Virus record (IMG/VR): IMGVR_UViG_3300031992_002338
Strand: one strand, 5' to 3'
Origin: a virus
Taxonomy: Duplodnaviria; Caudoviricetes
DNA: 64,000 nucleotides
The translations under genes and the position numbers were made by a program. The notes beneath the pieces are model-generated. The model was not told the origin of the DNA, did not search any database, and was given only the letters and a program-made list of their open reading frames with translations. Each line of letters starts with the position of its first letter. Positions within the stretch are counted from its first letter, which is position 1. Of the stretch, positions 49,698 through 59,458 are shown piece after piece.

Positions 49698-49729
49698 TTT
49701 GATAGATTCAATTTTTTTTCATACATTTG
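49698..49729 (+). promoter_or_regulatory. Bacteroidota-type promoter
   Basis: TTTG at 49698-49701, TACATTTG at 49722-49729. Confidence 0.7.
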
Positions 49730-49770
49730 CATCGGTAAAACAAGTTTATTTTATTTAAAACAAGTTTAAC

Positions 49771-50694
49771 ATGGAAAAATTAGAAACATTAAAAAATGTA
49801 GTTGACAATGCAATTATAGGCTCTATGTGCGTTGTTGGAAAAGTTGAAACCAAAAAAGAAACAAATTCTTTTGGTCGTATTTGGACAACCTCGTTACTAT
49901 GTTCCTCAGATGGCCATTATGTAGTATGTACGGTTCAAAAAGAAAAAGTTGGGAAAAACTATGATGAAATTATTAAAAATTTGAAAATTGGTAAAGAAGT
50001 CTATCTTAAAGGCTCGATGTCTAAAAGAAACATATTCTATGTAACTTTTGCTAGCCAAAATGTCTTTAGAATGGAACTTAACCATTTTGAAGAAACTAAT
50101 GAAATTAAAGTTTTTAAGTACATTTATGATGGTGATGAAAAGTCTGCAATAGACTTAATTAAAAAATGTGGGGATAACTTCAATGTAAATTACGAATGTT
50201 GCGGTAGAATACTTATTTTTTCTGCTATATCTAAAAAAATGGGAGGCCTATGTGAAAATATAATCAAACATCCTAAGTTTAATTGTTCAGTGGAAGATGG
50301 ATTTGGCGAAACACTTCTTGAATCATTGCTATATCTGCTAGGAATTGCAACAGCAGAAAACGATACATCTTTTCTAGAAAGAATGATTCGAGCACTTCTG
50401 AATAATAGTAGCAAACAAGATTTGAATGCTGTTGACCTAAACAATGACACCGCCATCAATATTTCTTGCGAATATCCTAATCTTCTTTGGGTAACTGAAG
50501 ACTTAGCTAACAGAGAGTATGTGAACCCAAATATCATAGATGACTTTGGCTTGACAGCATTAACCAATGCAATTCGCAATGATAACATTGATGCGATTAA
50601 ACTGTTATCAAAAAGAAAAGACTTAATCGTTAGGGACAAAGATATAGAACTTGCAACTAAGCATGGCATTAACCTTTCAGAATATGGCTTGTAA
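49771..50694 (+). CDS. Ankyrin-repeat protein with a possible N-terminal OB-fold
   Basis: DGFGETLL, DLNAVDLNNDTAI, NIIDDFGLTALTNAIRNDNIDAIKLL. Confidence 0.7.
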   Translation: MEKLETLKNVVDNAIIGSMCVVGKVETKKETNSFGRIWTTSLLCSSDGHYVVCTVQKEKVGKNYDEIIKNLKIGKEVYLKGSMSKRNIFYVTFASQNVFRMELNHFEETNEIKVFKYIYDGDEKSAIDLIKKCGDNFNVNYECCGRILIFSAISKKMGGLCENIIKHPKFNCSVEDGFGETLLESLLYLLGIATAENDTSFLERMIRALLNNSSKQDLNAVDLNNDTAINISCEYPNLLWVTEDLANREYVNPNIIDDFGLTALTNAIRNDNIDAIKLLSKRKDLIVRDKDIELATKHGINLSEYGL

Positions 50695-50753
50695 AATAAA
50701 ATGCAATTATATACAGTTTGACCATACTAAATTTATTTAAAAATGAAAATAAT

Positions 50754-50900
50754 ATGAAACAAAAAAGAAAAATTGAACTGCAAAAAAAAGCAAAAGAAAT
50801 AGTAGATTATATGGCAAAACACCCAAATGCATCTTTATTTTACGGATTTATGCCGTCAGAAGAACATGACTATTTAGTAAAATGCTTGGAAAAAAAATAA
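50754..50900 (+). CDS. Small hypothetical protein
   Basis: MKQKRKIELQKKAKEIVDYMAKHP...; follows the ankyrin gene. Confidence 0.45.
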   Translation: MKQKRKIELQKKAKEIVDYMAKHPNASLFYGFMPSEEHDYLVKCLEKK

Positions 50901-50976
50901 CCAAAGCTGTCAAGATTACATAATTACTGATTTTGGGGCAAATATATGTAATTACCAAATAAAAAGAGGAAGATTA

Positions 50977-52611
50977 TTAGTCTTCCTCTTTTCTTTTCCA
51001 TTCATACCTTAACAATCCGCAATCATATATTCTATAAAAACCAAGATACTCTGTCATTTGTTTTTCAGTCCATTCCAATGGTACACCATATTTCTTATTT
51101 AATTTGGCTTTTCTATATCCGAATTTATGCTCCCTTTTCTGACCGTTTACATATCTATAATCTGGTGCCAATTCCTCTGCCAATTCAAATCCTAGTTCTG
51201 TATATACATTATGCTCTTTTGAAAGCGTCCAACGTCTATCAGCGAATGATTTTACATATATTGGATTATATGCTGTCAGAAAGGCTTTAAATAGCTTTCC
51301 AGCCACTCCTATACATCTTATACTATTATCAGTTGCAAATCTTGTCAAATTCCAATTGTCTTTACTTTCTTGAGTAAAAAGCATTACACCAACTAATTTG
51401 CTCTCATAAAAACACCCAAATGCAACAGATGAATCCACAGAACCTTGAATGTGGTTTTTATCTAAAAATTCATATGCAAGGTGTTTATCTATTTCTTTTA
51501 CTTCGCATTTTCTTGCGTATATTTTCTCTCCATCATTAAATCCTAATATGTGTTTTATTTTTCTTAAAACAATTTCTTGTCTTTCAATCCACTCGTCTTC
51601 AAATATCTGGATTAATCTTATACCTTTCTCATTACATTTAATAAGTTTGTTTAAATGATAATTCTTATCCTTATTAAATTCTTCTGAATGCCATCTAAGA
51701 CCGTTATATTCAATTGCAGTATGTAATTTTGGTATATAAATATCTAATTCTAAACCATCCAAGACGCTCCTATCTCTTCTAATGACCTCATCTTTAGGGA
51801 TAAAATTACATATATATTCATATAATTCAATTTCTGATTTGGATAAAAAATGTGAACAACTTGCGCATCCCTTTCCTTGCAAATGGTCATGAGGCGTTTG
51901 CCAAAACTCTCCGTGACTAGGACAAATAATACAAACCTTTGTCACACTATCTATGTATTCTACTTTGGAATATTCATACTTATCTCCATGAATTTGTTTT
52001 GCTTTTGCAATAAAATCATTTGTATTTGACTTAATATTACCACTGCACATAGGACATCCGTTTCCTTTAAAATGCTTGTTTGGCGTTTGCCAAAATTCTC
52101 CGTGAATTGGACAAATAATACAAACTTTAGTATGATTATTAGTATAACTAACTTTGGAATAATCGTATTTGTTCTTGTGAATTTTTTCCGCAGCTTCGAC
52201 AAATAATGCTTTGTCTTTCTTCATATTACCACTGCATTTTGGGCATCCTTGACCTTGAATATGAGATAATGGCCTTTGCCAAAACTCTCCATGCCTCGGA
52301 CATATAATGCATACCTTTTCTTGACATAAATTATAATCTACCTTAGAATAATCATATTTATCTCCATGTACTTTTTTAGCTTCACAAATAAACTGCTCAG
52401 TTGTCTTTTTGTATTTGTTAGATAATATTTTATATCTACACTTGGAGCAACCTTGGCCATTCAAATGGTTATAAGGTTTTTGCCAGAATTCGCCATGCTC
52501 TTTGCATATTACACAAATTTTTTCTTTAGGATTTATGTAAATAGATTTGGAATAATCATATTTATCTCCATGTACTTTTTTAGCTTTTTCAATAAATTCT
52601 TCTGTATTCAT
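50977..52611 (-). CDS. Hef-like putative homing endonuclease, paralog of 47416..49074
   Basis: Same four-repeat, nuclease and C-terminal domain layout; promoter at 52660-52691; hairpin at 50962-50992. Confidence 0.75.
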   Translation of the reverse strand: MNTEEFIEKAKKVHGDKYDYSKSIYINPKEKICVICKEHGEFWQKPYNHLNGQGCSKCRYKILSNKYKKTTEQFICEAKKVHGDKYDYSKVDYNLCQEKVCIICPRHGEFWQRPLSHIQGQGCPKCSGNMKKDKALFVEAAEKIHKNKYDYSKVSYTNNHTKVCIICPIHGEFWQTPNKHFKGNGCPMCSGNIKSNTNDFIAKAKQIHGDKYEYSKVEYIDSVTKVCIICPSHGEFWQTPHDHLQGKGCASCSHFLSKSEIELYEYICNFIPKDEVIRRDRSVLDGLELDIYIPKLHTAIEYNGLRWHSEEFNKDKNYHLNKLIKCNEKGIRLIQIFEDEWIERQEIVLRKIKHILGFNDGEKIYARKCEVKEIDKHLAYEFLDKNHIQGSVDSSVAFGCFYESKLVGVMLFTQESKDNWNLTRFATDNSIRCIGVAGKLFKAFLTAYNPIYVKSFADRRWTLSKEHNVYTELGFELAEELAPDYRYVNGQKREHKFGYRKAKLNKKYGVPLEWTEKQMTEYLGFYRIYDCGLLRYEWKRKEED

Positions 52612-52691
52612 CTATATCTTTGTTTTTTATAAAAAAATTATTCTTTTATCCCCACATTGCAAAGATATAAATAAATATATTAAAAAACAAA

Positions 52692-52728
52692 AAAAATTAG
52701 AGGGAATTTTTATATCCCTCTAATTTTT
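52692..52728 (-). terminator. Terminator after the tail sheath gene
   Basis: AAAAATTAGAGGGA-N9-TCCCTCTAATTTTT. Confidence 0.7.
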
Positions 52729-52753
52729 AAAGTTTTATGAATTTATTTTCTTA

Positions 52754-55700
52754 TTAAATATCGTCAAAACTGACGCCCTCTGGCGTGAGGATAAAGTCGA
52801 TTGTGATATACTCAAGTGCATTATATGGTTTGAAGTAAATCTTAACTGGAAGCTCTCTTCTCTCTCTTGACTCAATAGTGTCATTAACCTCAATTCTGTA
52901 ATCAGAGATACCTCTGTTGCTTCTGATGCTATCCATGATTGGAGTTACAGTAGAAATGAATGACTGCTTTGTTGTTGCATCGTTTGGCTCGAAGATGAGA
53001 CCGATACAAGATATTGCAATAAGCTTTCTCATTCTCAATAACAATCTACGAACTGCAATACGGTTAAGCTGAGACTCATTAATCTGCAAGTTCTTCTGGC
53101 CCCAAATCTTTGGACCATCTTGCGCAAATGTCTTAACTGGGTTGATTCTTCCATCATACAAAACATCCTCATCAGCTAACTTTGTAATGAAGTGTGCTCT
53201 TACGCAGTCAACATTACCACGTTCGATACCTGCAGGTGCGAACCAAGGATAATTTTGATTATCAGTTTGTGCAAAGTTACGTACAACATCCTTTGTTGCT
53301 GGCAAGTATATATATTGGTTATTATCAATATCTAAGTATTTAACCCAAGGATAGTATGTACAAGTATAGTTTGAATCGATTTCTGTATCTTCCAAATTAT
53401 AGACTGCATCATCAGGTGTATACATTTCATCTGCATAATCACCAGCTCCCTTTGGTTTATCTGGTGTAGTAACCACATAGATTGAATCTGCTCTTTCTTC
53501 CTCAATCATTTCGATTGCCTCTTTAACAAGTAATGTTTGGTTAACATAGTCAATACCTGGTGTTGCAAATACGTTAATATCACTTTGTTCTGGGTTACTG
53601 AATTGACGGATACCAGCGAGATAAGCATACCAGTCAGAGGTTATACCATTTTGGTTCAATCCAAGTGATTCTGGGTCTTTAATCTTATTAAATGAATATC
53701 CTTCTCCGCTTCCTTGGTTAATGAATCCTCTATACTGAGTCATTTTAAAGTTATCTGTATTAGTTCTTTCGTCTCTATAAACATCCCATCCATCGAAGCC
53801 TCCATAGAAGAACACTGTGAACTTACGAAGGTTTACATATTCATAGATTGAACCATACATTTCAGTTTCCTTACCAATTACTGGTGGTTGGTCTAGAACT
53901 TGTGTTCTAGAATTTGTTGATACGCAATCGAATTCATATCCAGATTCATTATCAACTGTGACAGTAAATCTATTATCACCGATTCTAGCATCTTTATCAA
54001 GTCTTGAGTCAAGATGGAATCCATGAGACAAGAAACTTGGGTCATTAATATATGCCTTTGTGCCTTTGAATGTAAAGTTATCGATATCAACACCAATCCA
54101 TGAAGAAAGACCGAAATATTGTTTTCTATTCTTTATATCTTCGTCAAAATACCTGTTGTACTTGATTGTTGGGAATTTGACATTATCTTTACTCTCGCCA
54201 GCAATAGGTTCTCCGTCATACATTGGTATTGGGTATCCTAAGAATCCCGCTGGTACTGATGTTCTAGCAGCTGTTGTCTCATTAACCTCAACAGTGATAT
54301 ATTTTGATTTAGACTCATATAGTCCATCAAATGAACCAATCTTGTATGCAATATAGTTTGAATCACCAGGAACCATTGTACATCTTCCAAACTTCTCAAG
54401 TGGAATGATTGATTCATCAAGGTCATCTACTCTACGTACTACAACATCGAACACACCCTCATCTGGTCTAATATTCTCTATTGAAACTTTAACCTCATAA
54501 TTGGAGTTATCGCCATCTGAGATTGTATGGAATCTGAACAACTTTGTCATTTCGATATGGTCATAGTCACCCTTCAAGTTAGAAACAATCCAAGGGGTTG
54601 AAGCATATCTATATGCTGACTTATAGTCATTTAGGTCAAGCTGTACATATACAATGTCGTTTCCGCTCATCTTATAGTACAAACCGTCAGAATTGTTAAG
54701 AACGAGTGTTGAAGCTGCACCACTGTTCTCTGTGGTAGCTGAATTACCCCCATATCCACCTCCAAGCAAGTTTCCGTAATAGTTGATATACTCGAAATCA
54801 CTTGACATATTTCTTCTGTTGTCTAGCACTTCATCAACGCTTTCTGTGGTATATGCAGAATAGTAGTAATGTCTCTTTCCATCTTGTGTGGTATATTGCC
54901 TTACGGTGTAGATTTGGCCAACCTTCATTGGGAATTGAGCGACTGTGGTTGCCGACCATTCAATAGCTTCTTGCGTACCATCCTTGATACTAGATGGCCT
55001 TCTATTAATCTCGGTGCTAAATCCATACTTCACATCAAGTGATGAAGCCTCAGCCACTGTATATGGTCTTCCAAGTTTATAGTTATACAAAACACACCTT
55101 AGACCTTTTCCCTTTGGATTAGTTGTGGTTGATGCCTCTGCCAATGAGCTTGCCAAATATCTACGTCCGACATATTTCCTATTCAAAGAGCTTTGTGGCA
55201 CTTCTGCAATGCCAAATACTGGCTCATGATGGTCATAGTCTGCCGTATTGTAAACGTCATATCCTTCAAGGACATTTGTGATTTGGTTAACCTCATAGTT
55301 AGCAATTGCTTGTTCAAGAGCAACATCATACAATGACTCAACGAAAATTGGTGCATCACCATCATATGCCTTTGTACCAAGAACATTTAAAATGTATTCC
55401 TTGTCAAATGGGTTCAAAGAAACTGGATATTCAAAATATCCTTGTTTTATGGCTTCTTGCCTTTGTTCCTTATTTCCATTATATCCTAAGCTAATCACTG
55501 CTTCTACATCCCCTGAGCTTGCATGCGCTCCAATAACACCGACAAGCTTAAATCTACCCTTATTGGTCTGAGATACTGTCCATGAGCCAGCATCAGAATC
55601 GATGCCATAACCATTACACTCATCACCAGTACTATACAACGGTATATAAGGCTTAATCTGTAAAGCATTCAACCAGAATCCTTTTTTCTCACATGCTTCT

Positions 55701-56218
55701 GCTGACGTATTGCCAACTTTAGTTTTTTCTCCGACATGATATCTTAATGTGTCATATTTTGTTGTCTCACAAGTACATCCAGAGGTGTTGCCTGTATCAT
55801 ATGGATGATAAGTACCTCTTGAACGTATCAATGCAACAGCTTGTTTGTCCCCACTAGCATTCCCTCCAAATCCATTAGATGCAGTTACAAGCCATGCTGG
55901 ACCCGCATTGAAACCACTTAACCCAAGAACACGAACAACCTTAAGCTGCTCAGATTCATTTAAGTATGATTTTGCAATGTAAGGTAATTCATATTTAGGA
56001 TACTGAGTACCCTTGAATTTCTCTGTACTAGTTCCACCAAACATCTCTTGGTATTCACGCCAATTAGAAATATCCATTGCTTGAAATGCAGGACCACGCA
56101 GTGTTTCGCCAACAAGTCCAAGAGTAGTAATTCCAAGACTCTTAACTGCATAAGTGAGGTCTATTTCTCTTGTATAAATTCCAGGAGATACATGTATTCC
56201 TCTTGCATTATCTGCCAT
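52754..56218 (-). CDS. Contractile tail sheath protein (T4 gp18-like, enlarged)
   Basis: SPGIYTREID N-terminus; TYYPWV, PWFAPAG.ERG, INPV...IWGQKNL...RIAVRRLL, EYITIDF. Confidence 0.92.
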   Translation of the reverse strand: MADNARGIHVSPGIYTREIDLTYAVKSLGITTLGLVGETLRGPAFQAMDISNWREYQEMFGGTSTEKFKGTQYPKYELPYIAKSYLNESEQLKVVRVLGLSGFNAGPAWLVTASNGFGGNASGDKQAVALIRSRGTYHPYDTGNTSGCTCETTKYDTLRYHVGEKTKVGNTSAEACEKKGFWLNALQIKPYIPLYSTGDECNGYGIDSDAGSWTVSQTNKGRFKLVGVIGAHASSGDVEAVISLGYNGNKEQRQEAIKQGYFEYPVSLNPFDKEYILNVLGTKAYDGDAPIFVESLYDVALEQAIANYEVNQITNVLEGYDVYNTADYDHHEPVFGIAEVPQSSLNRKYVGRRYLASSLAEASTTTNPKGKGLRCVLYNYKLGRPYTVAEASSLDVKYGFSTEINRRPSSIKDGTQEAIEWSATTVAQFPMKVGQIYTVRQYTTQDGKRHYYYSAYTTESVDEVLDNRRNMSSDFEYINYYGNLLGGGYGGNSATTENSGAASTLVLNNSDGLYYKMSGNDIVYVQLDLNDYKSAYRYASTPWIVSNLKGDYDHIEMTKLFRFHTISDGDNSNYEVKVSIENIRPDEGVFDVVVRRVDDLDESIIPLEKFGRCTMVPGDSNYIAYKIGSFDGLYESKSKYITVEVNETTAARTSVPAGFLGYPIPMYDGEPIAGESKDNVKFPTIKYNRYFDEDIKNRKQYFGLSSWIGVDIDNFTFKGTKAYINDPSFLSHGFHLDSRLDKDARIGDNRFTVTVDNESGYEFDCVSTNSRTQVLDQPPVIGKETEMYGSIYEYVNLRKFTVFFYGGFDGWDVYRDERTNTDNFKMTQYRGFINQGSGEGYSFNKIKDPESLGLNQNGITSDWYAYLAGIRQFSNPEQSDINVFATPGIDYVNQTLLVKEAIEMIEEERADSIYVVTTPDKPKGAGDYADEMYTPDDAVYNLEDTEIDSNYTCTYYPWVKYLDIDNNQYIYLPATKDVVRNFAQTDNQNYPWFAPAGIERGNVDCVRAHFITKLADEDVLYDGRINPVKTFAQDGPKIWGQKNLQINESQLNRIAVRRLLLRMRKLIAISCIGLIFEPNDATTKQSFISTVTPIMDSIRSNRGISDYRIEVNDTIESRERRELPVKIYFKPYNALEYITIDFILTPEGVSFDDI

Positions 56219-56265
56219 AATTTTTTAATTATTTAATAATTATTATTTTAACTCGTTATTTTTAT

Positions 56266-56274
56266 ATAAATATC
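56266..56274 (-). promoter_or_regulatory. Putative phage late promoter GATATTTAT (representative copy, upstream of the sheath gene)
   Basis: Same 9-mer lies about 20-50 nt upstream of the genes starting at 21685, 37099, 44643, 49639, 56655, 57374 and 60644; core TATTTAT also precedes tube, tape measure, 59342, 59866 and 62703. Confidence 0.55.
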
Positions 56275-56319
56275 TAACAAATTTCATTAATTGATTATTA
56301 TGGGTAAATATTTCACCTT

Positions 56320-56655
56320 TTAAGCCCAAAAAATATTGTTTAAAATGAAAGTGTTGATTTTTTCATCATTAACCTCATCCTTGATTCTGTCTATGAATTC
56401 AACAATATGTGAATAGTCAAAATCAAGTTCAGACTTCATTATCCTATCATGATACTCCTTTAGCTTTTCAATATCATCATAGCTCTTATGAAACTCATCT
56501 TGAATTAAAAACGCATAACTAGTTATCTTACCAACCATAGTTAGGTAATTGTGTAATTTATAAGCATCATTGAAATCAAATTCAAACTTGTGTCTAACAT
56601 CAAACTCTAAAAGTATTCTCTCCAATACCATCAACTCTTCCAACTTGATTTTCAT
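56320..56655 (-). CDS. Hypothetical late protein
   Basis: 111-aa ORF with the late motif at 56689-56697. Confidence 0.6.
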   Translation of the reverse strand: MKIKLEELMVLERILLEFDVRHKFEFDFNDAYKLHNYLTMVGKITSYAFLIQDEFHKSYDDIEKLKEYHDRIMKSELDFDYSHIVEFIDRIKDEVNDEKINTFILNNIFWA

Positions 56656-56719
56656 AACAATTCTTTATTTTTTAATGTATTATTAAAAATAAATATCTAT
56701 TAATATTTGAAAAAGTAAA

Positions 56720-56742
56720 ATGGGCAGTTATTTGCTGCCCAT
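56720..56742 (-). terminator. Terminator hairpin
   Basis: ATGGGCAG-N7-CTGCCCAT after the stop at 56757. Confidence 0.65.
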
Positions 56743-56756
56743 CTTAAAAAAACAAT

Positions 56757-57374
56757 TTATTCTGTTATTTCTTCAACCTTAAAGCAATCATCATTACCCA
56801 AGATAACTTCATATCCATATTTATTTGCGGTCTGCTCCGCTGATGCTAAAGCTTTCTTTCTAACTTCCTTATTCTTATAATTATTATAATCTTCCGCACG
56901 TAATGAAATCTTGGTAATTCCACTTACCGAATAATTGCTATCAGCTGGAACACCAAACTCCAGCATAAAACGAGGAACACCTAACCTACTAGGCTGGTCT
57001 ACGAAATCCTCATACCCCAAAGTGTAATTGTTTATTATTGCCTCACCAATTGTATTCTCACATTCATCACGATAATAATCTTGGAATGTCTTGGACTCAT
57101 CACCACTCTTTTTGTGAATGGTCTTTAAAAATTTTCCAGCATAGATATTGCCTTGAGTCTCACCACTAGTGTCACCGTCCTCAATGAAGTTAACAAAGTA
57201 CCATCTCACATCAGCACCACTTGCTCCTTCTTTTACAACTATATATGGAGTTGTATTCTCATCTATCGGCATTACACAAGCATCATCGTCCTTTACAGTC
57301 TTAATGTTAAAGATAACACTCTCTTTGACATATGCATATAGAGGACTTGGAATTTTAGTAACTAAACTTTTCAT
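56757..57374 (-). CDS. Hypothetical late protein downstream of the solo IS end
   Basis: 205-aa ORF; ATG 121 nt from the solo TIR. Confidence 0.7.
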   Translation of the reverse strand: MKSLVTKIPSPLYAYVKESVIFNIKTVKDDDACVMPIDENTTPYIVVKEGASGADVRWYFVNFIEDGDTSGETQGNIYAGKFLKTIHKKSGDESKTFQDYYRDECENTIGEAIINNYTLGYEDFVDQPSRLGVPRFMLEFGVPADSNYSVSGITKISLRAEDYNNYKNKEVRKKALASAEQTANKYGYEVILGNDDCFKVEEITE

Positions 57375-57401
57375 ATATTTTAAACTATTTTTTTATTTTT
57401 G

Positions 57402-57495
57402 TTATTTTATAATAAATATCATGGCATATCAAAAAAATGCAGCCAAAAATGACTGCATTTTATAGAATAGTTGTGCCAACTGCGATGTTATCACC
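57402..57495 (-). mobile_element. Solo IS1595 left-end module (TIR, hairpin, late motif)
   Basis: GGTGATAACATCGCAGTTGGCACAA is 22/25 identical to the left TIR, followed by AAATGCAGTCA-N4-TGGCTGCATTTTTTT and GATATTTATTAT as in 44529-44620. Confidence 0.8.
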
Positions 57496-57521
57496 ATTTA
57501 TTAGAACCTAAAAAAAATGAT

Positions 57522-59342
57522 TTAAGCAAAATTCAATGTCAAACCGTTTGCAACTGGGTCTGTGATTCCACCTGTCTTGTTAATGTTGTAAAGGTAGAAT
57601 ACTTGGTTATGTTCGCCAAAGTTATTCTCAGTCACCTTAACACCATTGTATTTGCAGTTAATGAAGTTGAATGTCCAAGTCTGAACCTTTGACAAATCAC
57701 CGTTTAATGCAACGTCAGTAGTAGCAGGTTGATAGATAATCAATCCTGCCCATCCCCAATCTGCTGCATCCTTGTTTGGGGTGTTCTCATATGTCCAAGC
57801 AACGTTCTCGAAGTTAACTGTAACACCAGTAGCATTCTTGTAGTTTGCAAGTCTCAATGCATTTGAGTTGTTAACGTTTAAGTTAAGATTAACGTCTGAA
57901 ATATTGATTACAGCATCGTTGTTTGGCCTATAGATGTTAAATACATTGTGTGCTAATGAAACATCGTTAACGTTTACATTTGATGCGTTGAATGAATCAG
58001 TACCAGCACCAACTTCCTCGAATACGTTATATGGTTTTGCACCATCTGCAATAGTGATGTTTGAAACATCAACCTTTGGAGCATCTACCAAGAAATATCC
58101 ATTTGAAGAACCCTTGTCACCAGTTACTTCAACGTCATCAAGAGTTATTGACTCAACTGCTGCAAGGTTAACTTGCTGTGCTGCCTCAACATTTGCAATT
58201 TCAAGGTTCTTGAATGTCTTCTTTGCTGCAAGGGCATTTAATGCCTCTTCACCATCGATGAATACATCAGTGTCTTGTGGATTATCGATTACATTAATAT
58301 CCTCTGCTGTAGAAGCTATTGCTGTCTCATCATCGAAGAAACCACAGTCGAGCACATTCGTAAACTTGATACCGTCCTTATCAACTGTGATTGGGTTCTT
58401 GATTGCTGGAGCTGAATATCCAGCTGCAACAGCCTTAACCTTGTTTGAAGCGATTGAGATACCATCACTGCCCTCAAGCTCAGCATTCTTAACAGCATCG
58501 TTAATTGCTGCTTGTATACCTTCAACTCTAATGCCATCCTCATCCACAACAAGGAATTCCTCACTGTGTGCATTGTACTTAATTGAAATTGTATTGTGAG
58601 TATTGTCAATATCAATACCATTTCCAGCTGTATAGTAATCAACAAGGTCTTTGGTGTTGATATAAACAGGCTCTTCTTGATTTGCAATCACAAGCTTGAT
58701 AGCTGTGTCAGGTCCTTCTAGGTCTTCTGTGAATGTATTACCATTCCACGTACCATGTACAAGAGAACCACTTGTCACAACCAAGTCCTTTGGAATGTCA
58801 ATTTTACCAATCTCAGTCTTTCCTGTACCAACTCCTTGAGAAAGAATATAAGTCTTAAGATAACCAGCTGTTGGCTCTCCTGCAACATCAAGAGAAATGG
58901 TCAACTTTTCAGTCAACTCTTCCTTAAGTGCTGCCAACGCATCTGCAACAGTGTGGTTTTCATCAAATCCCTCACCAATTTTGTCATTGATGTCATTGAT
59001 TGCATCTGTAAGGGTTGTACCATCAATGCCATCACCAATTGTTTCATTGATTTTAGCGACTTCTTCTTTGATTTCCTCAACCTCTGCTGCACTACCTTCG
59101 ATGTCAAGAATGGTGTAGTATGATTTACCACCGCCATTATCTTCCATTTCATCAGCATTTGCATAGAATCCAACCAATGTACGGATGATTGGGTCTCCAC
59201 CAAGCTCAGAATAAAGATAACGTGCCAACTTTGCAACACCATCGTTTGTTGCAGATTGGGTCAAACCTTGATAAGCCAACTCCTTGCTTTGATAGACCTT
59301 ACCGTTACGTAAAAGTCCTAAAGAATAAAGATTTTTTACCAT
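57522..59342 (-). CDS. Virion structural / tail-fibre-like protein with a C-terminal beta-helix-like domain
   Basis: N-terminal domain shared with 60769..62703; YTAGNGIDI fibre-like motif; internal LDCGFFD; Asn/Val-rich C-terminus. Confidence 0.6.
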   Translation of the reverse strand: MVKNLYSLGLLRNGKVYQSKELAYQGLTQSATNDGVAKLARYLYSELGGDPIIRTLVGFYANADEMEDNGGGKSYYTILDIEGSAAEVEEIKEEVAKINETIGDGIDGTTLTDAINDINDKIGEGFDENHTVADALAALKEELTEKLTISLDVAGEPTAGYLKTYILSQGVGTGKTEIGKIDIPKDLVVTSGSLVHGTWNGNTFTEDLEGPDTAIKLVIANQEEPVYINTKDLVDYYTAGNGIDIDNTHNTISIKYNAHSEEFLVVDEDGIRVEGIQAAINDAVKNAELEGSDGISIASNKVKAVAAGYSAPAIKNPITVDKDGIKFTNVLDCGFFDDETAIASTAEDINVIDNPQDTDVFIDGEEALNALAAKKTFKNLEIANVEAAQQVNLAAVESITLDDVEVTGDKGSSNGYFLVDAPKVDVSNITIADGAKPYNVFEEVGAGTDSFNASNVNVNDVSLAHNVFNIYRPNNDAVINISDVNLNLNVNNSNALRLANYKNATGVTVNFENVAWTYENTPNKDAADWGWAGLIIYQPATTDVALNGDLSKVQTWTFNFINCKYNGVKVTENNFGEHNQVFYLYNINKTGGITDPVANGLTLNFA

Positions 59343-59458
59343 AATTCTCAAAATATTTTATTAAAGTTATTCTATATAATAAATATTTTAATATTCCACA
59401 AACTTTTCATAGAATCCTATAAAATTTCCATATTCCTTTAATTTAGTTGTTTTATCCA

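Noticed and set aside
50920-50960. TATATTTG on the minus strand as an antisense promoter
   Set aside because: No -33 TTTG at the 19-21 nt spacing and no downstream gene.
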